Shown: positions 57,149 through 64,000 of the stretch, piece after piece
How positions within the stretch are numbered: the first letter of the stretch is position 1
How the letters are laid out: the number at the start of each line of letters is the position of its first letter
IMG/VR virus record: IMGVR_UViG_3300009104_001210
Location: 124,001-188,000 of that record
Direction: 5' to 3' (one strand)
DNA length: 64,000 nucleotides
The notes under the pieces: model-generated
Told to the model about the DNA's origin: nothing
Seen by the model: the letters and a program-made list of their open reading frames with translations, nothing else
The model's database searches: none
Position numbers and translations under genes: made by a program

Positions 57149-57513
57149 AGAAAACAAAAATGATTAGTTGGGTTGTTGGTTTCATGTTATTTTGTGGATG
57201 GGCCGATTTAGTATGGGGTCAAACAACTTTAACTAAAGAACAAGCAGACAATCTTGCAAATAATATACAAGAGTTACAAATCAAAGCGGATTCTCTATCT
57301 ACTTCAGATAGCTTAAAGACTATTGAAATAGATTTACTTAATGAGAAAATTGATTCGTTAGAAGAAGATTTAACTCTTACAGAAAAGAAAGCTAAGTTAG
57401 TTAAGCCAAGTTGGTATGAGAATAAGTGGTTATATTTCGGATATGGTTCAGTACTAACATATGCAGTACTTACACTTGTTGAACAAGCTGGTCACGCTAT
57501 AAATATTTTTTAA
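57145..57513 (+). CDS. Secreted coiled-coil protein with C-terminal TM
   Basis: Signal-like N-terminus, heptads, KPSWYE then TM. Confidence 0.55.
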   Translation: MKKTKMISWVVGFMLFCGWADLVWGQTTLTKEQADNLANNIQELQIKADSLSTSDSLKTIEIDLLNEKIDSLEEDLTLTEKKAKLVKPSWYENKWLYFGYGSVLTYAVLTLVEQAGHAINIF

Positions 57514-57783
57514 ATATTTCTTTCCCTTTAATATAATATTTTTCATATACACTTAAAATCTTTTCAGGAAGATTGTGTTTTAAGCAAGCATATAAAGTTA
57601 AAACAACAATTAACTTTTTTATATGAGGATTTGGTGGCAAAGACATTTCTACTGCCATAATTATACAGATTAGGATCATCAATGTCCAACGTATTTGCTC
57701 TTTTAGTATGTGAAAATTCAATTTTTTTCCTTTTTTTTTAAATAAAATGTATTTTAGACTTTTATGTTTATATATATACATAT

Positions 57784-58210
57784 AAAGTTTTTTGAAAATT
57801 TGAAATGGGAACGCATCAGCAGGCATGTTGATGTGGGGTTGACTGAATAACAGGTTGTGTTAAAGGCTTGTAATGTATCCTAATCCCTCTTGTGGTAGAG
57901 GAGTATTCACCTAAATGTTGGTAATACTGAAAGACATTTCGTGCGGGAGTTTGAGTCAATATAATTAGAAAAAGAAGCCTACTTTTTCACTTCATTGGGA
58001 GTACCCGAAAGGAAATCTCCCTGTAAACTGACCGAATAAACTTTTCTTTGAGAGTTAAGGTAGTTGTTTAGAAGTTGTATTCGCCTCAACGGTGTTAATA
58101 GCATTGAGAGAGAATCGAAGTAACTTTCGGAAATAACGTGTGAAGCTATAAAATCAGAGTGATTCAATGCGAAATGGCATTTTCGCACCCCCAAAATTTC
58201 AAAACTTTTT
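57784..58210 (+). ncRNA. Large structured ncRNA candidate (GOLLD/ROOL-class size and style; family unverified)
   Basis: ORF-poor ~430 nt with a long closing helix and at least 6 internal hairpins, several GNRA-capped. Confidence 0.65.
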
Positions 58211-58407
58211 TACGAGGAAGCCTCTTTATTCTCACTTTTATTATTTTAAATTATACTATCGAATATATGCTTCCTCAAACTTTTAATATGAGGCTCGAAA
58301 ATTTTTAGTTTCCACTTGAAATAAACAACTTAAAAATGAGGGCCTCATATTTTTTAAAAAAAAATGTATTTTTATGAAAAAACATTATATTTATAAGTAA
58401 TAAAGGT

Positions 58408-58434
58408 TTGATATCGCTCAATTGAGGATATCAA
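58408..58434. promoter_or_regulatory. Inverted repeat upstream of hsp20 (operator or 5' RNA hairpin)
   Basis: TTGATATC-G-CTC-AATT-GAG-GATATCAA. Confidence 0.6.
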
Positions 58435-58470
58435 TGTTTGACTAAATAGTAAACAAAACAGGAGAAAACA

Positions 58471-58947
58471 ATGACTAAAATCGCATTTCGTACAAACATC
58501 CCTTACTTCGATAGGGATTCTTTTTTGACCCCGTTTGATAAAATATTCGATCAAATGGTTGAAACTCATTATCCAGAAATAACAAAATCCGTTGGTGTAA
58601 AACCATATGGTAATACTGCATATCCAAAAGTTAACGTATATGAATACGACGACAAAGTGGGTATTGTAGCAGAGATTCCTGGATTAAACAAGAAACAACT
58701 CAAAGTAGATGTTGAAGATGGAACTCTTACAATATCTGGAGATAAACACGGTTCTTTAATGAAAGATCAAGGTGCTAGAGTTATCCGTAAGGAATTAAAG
58801 CAATCTTCATTTAAAAGACAATTTGAATTGGGTGAGTTGTTAGATGGTGAGAACATTTCAGCCAATTTTAAGGATGGAATTTTATCTGTCTCAATTCCTA
58901 AGATGGAGCAGGAACAACCGAAGAAGACTACTGTAAAAATATCCTAA
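58471..58947 (+). CDS. Small heat-shock protein Hsp20
   Basis: YPKVNV, AEIPG, DGTLTISG, FKRQF, ANFKDGILSV. Confidence 0.92.
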   Translation: MTKIAFRTNIPYFDRDSFLTPFDKIFDQMVETHYPEITKSVGVKPYGNTAYPKVNVYEYDDKVGIVAEIPGLNKKQLKVDVEDGTLTISGDKHGSLMKDQGARVIRKELKQSSFKRQFELGELLDGENISANFKDGILSVSIPKMEQEQPKKTTVKIS

Positions 58948-59148
58948 ATGAAGGAAATGATACGCATCGGAGATGATGTGTATGTTCTACTTGGAACTGT
59001 ATCGGTAAGTTCTGGTTACACAATTGATGAACTAAAAAATATGTATTCACTTGCGGATACAGTTCTGAGAAAGAATGATTTGTGGTATATTACCCATAAA
59101 ACCATAGTTGCTGAATTTGAAGATATTATAGATAAAAAAGACAGTTAA
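58948..59148 (+). CDS. Hypothetical protein
   Basis: TAAATG-coupled. Confidence 0.55.
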   Translation: MKEMIRIGDDVYVLLGTVSVSSGYTIDELKNMYSLADTVLRKNDLWYITHKTIVAEFEDIIDKKDS

Positions 59149-59205
59149 GTAAATATATATTCTATTTATAATTGTATTAATAAACAGATATTAAAGGAGA
59201 ATTTT

Positions 59206-59391
59206 GTGGATGATTTTTTTGATAAATTATTTCAAAAAATAGCAGAATTTCATGAAAGAGAAATTCATATGAGTCAATCTTTAGCAGAGAATGATGAAGA
59301 CATACCAATGTATGTTTTAGAGAAGGCAAGACAAGATTTTCATCTTAAAGAATATTTGTGGTTTAATAGAGATAAGATACCTAGTGCATAA
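59206..59391 (+). CDS. Hypothetical protein
   Basis: AAGGAG SD, GTG start. Confidence 0.55.
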   Translation: MDDFFDKLFQKIAEFHEREIHMSQSLAENDEDIPMYVLEKARQDFHLKEYLWFNRDKIPSA

Positions 59392-59408
59392 TAACATTAA
59401 GGAGTTAC

Positions 59409-59588
59409 ATGAAATATCAACGTACTGTAGAAGAAAGACTTGATCAATTATTACAAGTTATTGAAAGACTCATTGAAAGAGTAACAGATAATACTATTGA
59501 TAGAGATGATCTTTCTAATCAATTAAGTAATTTACATGAAAGATTAGAACAAGTACATGGGTTAGTAGAATTGGAAGATGAAGATTAG
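59409..59588 (+). CDS. Small coiled-coil protein (59 aa, not in ORF track)
   Basis: AAGGAG SD, heptad pattern. Confidence 0.55.
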   Translation: MKYQRTVEERLDQLLQVIERLIERVTDNTIDRDDLSNQLSNLHERLEQVHGLVELEDED

Positions 59589-59603
59589 AGAACTAAATAT
59601 TAT

Positions 59604-60437
59604 ATGCTTGAACGATTTAAAAACTTTAAATTATTAATCGGTATATCTGCTTTAACAGTAGCAGGGTCAGCAGCGTTCTTTTCAGTATTTGGTTTATCAA
59701 AGTTATTTTCAGGAGCACAAACTTCAGTAATTATAATGGCAGGTTCATTAGAGTTTACTAAACTTGTAGCCGCTTCATTTTTATATCAGTATTGGTATAG
59801 AGCCAGTAAGATATTAAAAACTTATTTGGGTATTGGTGTGGTTACTTTAGTGTTAATAACTTCAGCAGGTATATTCGGATATCTATCAAATGCCTATCAA
59901 GGCGCAACAATTAATTTCGAAAAACAATCCACAACTTTATTATATAAAGAAGATAGATTAGAACAATTAGAAGATGATAAAACTTATCTAAAAGAAGAGT
60001 TAGAACAATCTATTGCTTCTTTACCAGAAAATTATATTACAGCAAAAAGAAAACTTCGTGAAGATTATAATCCAAAAGTATTAGCAGTCAATGATGAGAT
60101 ATTAAAAATTAAACAAGAGATTGGTGATTTAAAAGTTGAATTAATAGAAACTGGGGTGGATGTGGGTCCCGCAATTTATTTGGCAAGAGTATTTGGAACT
60201 GATGTAGATACAGTTGTAAAGTTCTTTATATTCATTTTAATTTTTGTATTCGATCCAATGGCATTAGCTATGGTATTAGCATGGAATACTGCACTTGGTA
60301 GAAGAAGTTTTGAAGTATATGAAGAGGGTGATAAAAAGGAAAAAGAAAAGGGTGATAAAAATAAAAAAGAAAGAAAAGTCCTAACAGGCCCCGAATTTGA
60401 TGATAGACCACGAAAGGGAAGTGTAAAAATTGTATAA
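59604..60437 (+). CDS. Conserved phage membrane protein (TM-coiled coil-TM)
   Basis: AFFSVFGLSKLFSGA, GIFGYLS, VGPAIYLA, IFVFDPMA. Confidence 0.65.
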   Translation: MLERFKNFKLLIGISALTVAGSAAFFSVFGLSKLFSGAQTSVIIMAGSLEFTKLVAASFLYQYWYRASKILKTYLGIGVVTLVLITSAGIFGYLSNAYQGATINFEKQSTTLLYKEDRLEQLEDDKTYLKEELEQSIASLPENYITAKRKLREDYNPKVLAVNDEILKIKQEIGDLKVELIETGVDVGPAIYLARVFGTDVDTVVKFFIFILIFVFDPMALAMVLAWNTALGRRSFEVYEEGDKKEKEKGDKNKKERKVLTGPEFDDRPRKGSVKIV

Positions 60438-60459
60438 TAAAAATTTCACATACCGCGGG

Positions 60460-60510
60460 GGTGATAACCGAAAACAGGCAGTTGACGCACCTGTAGAAAA
60501 ATGCGTCTTA
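60460..60510 (+). promoter_or_regulatory. Candidate cis-regulatory H-type pseudoknot in the TBDR leader
   Basis: S1 ACAGG 60474-78/CCTGT 60490-94; S2 GACGCA 60484-89/TGCGTC 60502-07. Confidence 0.55.
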
Positions 60511-60537
60511 CACTAAAAAAAAACGAGGAGACGTTTC

Positions 60538-63330
60538 ATGAAAAACAAACGTAATCTAATCTCATTGGTAATAACATTTCTAATGCCTATGTTCATTTAT
60601 GGACAAAGTGTTAGTGGTACGGTTGCTGATGAGGCAGGGAATCCTTTGGCTGGAGCTAATGTAGTTGTACAAGGAACTGATTTGGGTGCCGCTTCTTTGG
60701 AAGATGGTACTTATTCGATTAAAATCGGAGAAGGTTCACATACACTAATAGCTTCTGTTATCGGGTATGAATCATCTTCACAAACAGTAGATGTTAGTGG
60801 AGATATTAGTCTCGACTTTAGCTTAGCGGTTTCCGCAGTCGAGATGTCAGCATTGGAAGTTTTGGCTTCCCGTGCAGGCGAAAAAACACCTGTTGCTTAT
60901 ACTACGGTAGAAAAAGCAGATATGGAATTCCGTCTTGGTAGTCAAGACCTTCCAATGGCGCTTAATCTAACACCATCAGTATATGCTACGCAACAAGGTG
61001 GTGGTGCGGGTGATGCTCGTATCAATGTTCGAGGTTTTAATCAACGGAATGTAGCAGTAATGATTAATGGAGTACCACAAAATGATATGGAAAACGGTTG
61101 GGTTTATTGGTCCAATTGGGATGGTGTAGCAGATGCTGCACATTCTATCCAGATGCAACGTGGTTTAAGTGCTGTTAATTTAGCTACACCTTCCATTGGT
61201 GGAACTATGAACATAATTACAGACCCTACCTCTCACATAAAGGGTGGTAAGGTAAAACAAGAAGTTGGTGCTGGTGATTTTCTTAAAACTACAGTAAACT
61301 ATAATACTGGCTTGATAGGTGATAAATTTGCCTTGAGTGGTACAGTAGTACGTAAAACTGGTGGTGGAATCATTGACAAAACGTGGACAGATGCTTGGGC
61401 ATATTACTTTGGTGCAAGTTACGCACTAAATGCTGATAACCGATTTGAATTATACGCAATCGGTGCGCCACAGCGACACGCACACAATCTATATAAACAG
61501 AATATTGGTGCATATGATGCTGATTTTGCTGCAAGTATAGATGGATATGATACTGAAGCACTTGGTGAAGATGGTAAGTTCAAGGATGTTGGACGTACAT
61601 TTAATCAAAATTGGTCTCCAGTAGACCCATCATATACAGGTAAACAATACTATTATATGTATGGTGCTAAAACAGTAGCAAGACACGATCCCAACTTTAT
61701 TAACGAAAGAGAAAATTTCTTTCACAAGCCTTTAGTAAACCTAAATCATTTTCTAACTATTAATGACAAAACAATGTTAAGTTCAGTATTGTATTGGAGT
61801 GGTGGTTCAGGTGGTGGTACAGGTACTTATGGTAGGATTCCTACTATGGATGCTGATGGTAATCTTGGTGATGATGACTATAAATTTTATTATGGTCGTT
61901 CTCCCTGGACACGTGATTGGAATGCTCTTATCGCTATGAATAGTGGTGATTCTGATACAGTTTATGTAGACAAAAGAGTAATCACACGCACACATGGTAT
62001 TGATAATAATCAATCTGTAGGTATTTTGAGAAATAGCATTAATCGTCAGAATACATATGGCCTTATTTCTAAACTTAATTATGATGTAAGTGATGAACTT
62101 CAATTACAATTAGGTATAGATTGGAGAACTGCTGGTATAGAACACGCACGTGAAGTACGTGATCTAATGGGTGGTGATTATTATGTGGATTATGCTGATG
62201 ATAATGTACCTGATGGTAAAAGAGTTGGATTAGGTGATATAATCGCTTATCATAACTCAACCACAGTTGATTGGTTAGGTGGATTCTTACAAGGAGCTTA
62301 TGCTTCAGGTCCACTTTCAGCCTATGGTATGGTAGGATTATCACAGATTGGATATTCATATCAAGACCATTTTACTGTAGCCGATGAGAAGATTGTAGCA
62401 GATCCTATTTCCACTTTACAATGGAAAGGTGGGGCAATGTATGATGTTACTGATAACGTTTCAGTTTTTGGTAATTTTGGTATTGTTGAAAAGCCACCAA
62501 TTATGGATAATGTAATCTATTATGATGGTACGGTTGCTTCAGATCCTGCAAATGAAAGATTTGTAAGTTCAGAAGCTGGTGCTCACTACGCGACGGATAA
62601 AGTAGCAGTTAAAGTGTCTGCATATAATACAGATTGGAAAGACAGAAACCTTACCAAATCTGTAACAAGCGGACAAGGTTCAAGCGGTGATACTGATGTG
62701 ATTTTCCTTTCGGGGATAAATCAGAATCATAAAGGTGTTGAAGTTGAAGCTTCTACACAAGTACTTGATGTACTTAACTTACAAGCTATAGTAAGTCTTG
62801 GTACTTGGAAGTTTGTAGGTGATGCAGCAGGTAACTATCAAGAAGATGAGTTTAACGAAGAAGGTCAAGTTATCGGACAGACAACTACACCTTATTCTTA
62901 CGCACTTGATGGTTTGTTTGTTGGTGATATGCCTCAAACATCTTACGCACTTGTTGGAACGCTTACACCAATTAAAGGTCTAAAAATGCAAGCAGTATAC
63001 AAACAGTATGATAATAATTATGCTGATTGGAGTCCTGACGCTCGTGAGTATGATGGCTCAGATGCTGGTGCAGATAGAGAACAAGTATGGATGGCACCTG
63101 GATATTCCAGAGTTGACTTACATGCTTCATATGCTCTACCTTCAATTGGTGGTATGGATTTTACCGCATTTGCTCATGTATTTAATGCAACAGATGCAAC
63201 ATACATTCAAGATGCAGTAGATCATAGTCAGTATAATAGCTACGGAGATAAAACTCACGCAGCACACAACGCTGAAGTTTTTCTTGGAACACCAAGATAC
63301 TTTAACGCAGGAATTTCTGTAAATTTCTAA
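60538..63330 (+). CDS. TonB-dependent outer-membrane receptor with N-terminal CarboxypepD_reg-like domain
   Basis: Signal peptide, VSGTV..GNPLAGANVVV, plug (INVRGFNQRNVAVMINGVP), beta-barrel ending in Phe. Confidence 0.92.
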   Translation: MKNKRNLISLVITFLMPMFIYGQSVSGTVADEAGNPLAGANVVVQGTDLGAASLEDGTYSIKIGEGSHTLIASVIGYESSSQTVDVSGDISLDFSLAVSAVEMSALEVLASRAGEKTPVAYTTVEKADMEFRLGSQDLPMALNLTPSVYATQQGGGAGDARINVRGFNQRNVAVMINGVPQNDMENGWVYWSNWDGVADAAHSIQMQRGLSAVNLATPSIGGTMNIITDPTSHIKGGKVKQEVGAGDFLKTTVNYNTGLIGDKFALSGTVVRKTGGGIIDKTWTDAWAYYFGASYALNADNRFELYAIGAPQRHAHNLYKQNIGAYDADFAASIDGYDTEALGEDGKFKDVGRTFNQNWSPVDPSYTGKQYYYMYGAKTVARHDPNFINERENFFHKPLVNLNHFLTINDKTMLSSVLYWSGGSGGGTGTYGRIPTMDADGNLGDDDYKFYYGRSPWTRDWNALIAMNSGDSDTVYVDKRVITRTHGIDNNQSVGILRNSINRQNTYGLISKLNYDVSDELQLQLGIDWRTAGIEHAREVRDLMGGDYYVDYADDNVPDGKRVGLGDIIAYHNSTTVDWLGGFLQGAYASGPLSAYGMVGLSQIGYSYQDHFTVADEKIVADPISTLQWKGGAMYDVTDNVSVFGNFGIVEKPPIMDNVIYYDGTVASDPANERFVSSEAGAHYATDKVAVKVSAYNTDWKDRNLTKSVTSGQGSSGDTDVIFLSGINQNHKGVEVEASTQVLDVLNLQAIVSLGTWKFVGDAAGNYQEDEFNEEGQVIGQTTTPYSYALDGLFVGDMPQTSYALVGTLTPIKGLKMQAVYKQYDNNYADWSPDAREYDGSDAGADREQVWMAPGYSRVDLHASYALPSIGGMDFTAFAHVFNATDATYIQDAVDHSQYNSYGDKTHAAHNAEVFLGTPRYFNAGISVNF

Positions 63331-63345
63331 AATAGTATAATATGT

Positions 63346-63374
63346 GGGGGCTGGGGAAACTGGCCCCCCTATTT
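63346..63374 (+). terminator. Probable intrinsic terminator
   Basis: GGGGGCTGG/CTGGCCCCC stem, weak U tract. Confidence 0.55.
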
Positions 63375-63377
63375 ACT

Positions 63378-63563
63378 ATGTTAAAACAGAAAGATATACC
63401 AAATAAAGATTTTGATTGTAATCCAAAAGGTGATTGTTGGTGTAGAAAAAAACCATTTCCACAATTACCATATTCAGGATCTATTACTTTTATAGGTGAT
63501 GCACCCGACATATGTTATTCACCAAAAGAGCTAGAATTAATCATTAAAGAGCAAAAAAAATAA
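63378..63563 (+). CDS. Cys-rich CWC-family small protein
   Basis: DCNPKGDCWC...CYSP. Confidence 0.55.
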   Translation: MLKQKDIPNKDFDCNPKGDCWCRKKPFPQLPYSGSITFIGDAPDICYSPKELELIIKEQKK

Positions 63564-63565
63564 TT

Positions 63566-63605
63566 AAAAAAAGGCTTGACTCGTATTGCATTTTATCCTT
63601 ATGAT
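63566..63605 (+). promoter_or_regulatory. Sigma70-like early promoter
   Basis: TTGACT 63576-81, 18-nt spacer, TATGAT 63600-05. Confidence 0.75.
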
Positions 63606-63623
63606 CAGGATGAAAGGGAAATT

Positions 63624-63983
63624 ATGAGAATATACGACAAATATGATGCAGTGAAAAAAGCGGCATCTTCTTTACGATCAGAAATGAATCGTATTCTAAA
63701 ACCCAAAGGGTTTAAATTAAACATAAAAACAAATGCAAATTATTACTATAAATATGAGTTAATTGCTACGATTTGTTCACCAAATTGGTTCGATGATTAT
63801 ACTGATCCTAATGACCGATGGTCAGTAACGCCTAAATTAGAAAGCCTCAGGGATTCCATTACAAAGCGTTTTATACACATATTACACGATATAGTTAAGG
63901 ATATGGATGAAATTACAGATTGGGTTGAAGAAGATGATGTTAGTGCTGATATTAGGTTTAGTTACAACGTAGGTAGTTGGTAA
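63624..63983 (+). CDS. Hypothetical early protein
   Basis: AAAGGG SD; ATG downstream of promoter. Confidence 0.55.
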   Translation: MRIYDKYDAVKKAASSLRSEMNRILKPKGFKLNIKTNANYYYKYELIATICSPNWFDDYTDPNDRWSVTPKLESLRDSITKRFIHILHDIVKDMDEITDWVEEDDVSADIRFSYNVGSW

Positions 63984-64000
63984 TGGCTGATTTAAGATTA

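Noticed and set aside
57497-58194. Minus-strand ORFs 57497-57826 and 57979-58194; RNase P identity for the large RNA
   Set aside because: ORFs are low-complexity and lack SD; the RNase P P4 signature GAGGAAAGTCC is absent
60474-60520. Firm SAM-V/SAM-II, cobalamin or TPP riboswitch call
   Set aside because: Only partial resemblance to SAM-V; B12-box and TPP CUGAGA motifs absent, so kept as an orphan candidate
1-64000. Eukaryotic giant virus (NCLDV) origin suggested by SET, TTL and GSII genes
   Set aside because: SD motifs, sigma70 promoters, coupled operons, tmRNA and a TonB receptor are all bacterial-type
1-64000. Genome-wide stop-codon reassignment
   Set aside because: Long ORFs are intact under code 11 and TAG/TGA end genes normally; only the TGA at 29184 looks recoded
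1-64000. CRISPR array, transposase or integrase
   Set aside because: No repeat-spacer series or recognisable mobile-element genes; the 20160 repeat has no spacer

Overview
A gene-dense, AT-rich window with all credible genes on the + strand and frequent ATGA/TAATG coupling. It is best explained as part of a large (jumbo-type) bacteriophage genome. Support: SD sites, sigma70-like promoters, tmRNA, tRNAs and many tiny ORFs. No capsid, terminase or polymerase hallmark lies in this window, so the phage call is inference. A TonB-dependent receptor of FCB-type architecture hints at a Bacteroidota/Marinisomatota-like aquatic host (low confidence). Layout: (1) 0-15.3 kb, glycan synthesis block; (2) 18.5-20.5 kb, GC/CpG-rich mostly non-coding hub with convergent/divergent promoters and a non-canonical tRNA-Gly-like cloverleaf; (3) 20.5-26.6 kb, small early-type genes (micro membrane peptides, Smr, NUDIX, SET); (4) 26.7-39.2 kb, metabolic genes (IscS/IscU/SufT, a UGA-recoded Rdx selenoprotein missed by the ORF track plus two redox-dead paralogues, two glutamine synthetases, NagB, PurF, IMPDH/GMPR); (5) tmRNA with a 38-residue tag and five tRNAs; (6) 47.8-55.5 kb, modification cluster (GT32, TTL ligase, SET, tandem-Hint precursor, GT11, hydroxylase, ATP-grasp, halogenase-like); (7) ~57.8-58.2 kb, large structured ncRNA candidate, then Hsp20 and a TonB-dependent receptor preceded by a pseudoknot. 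All product calls come from motif recognition by eye; no database search was run.
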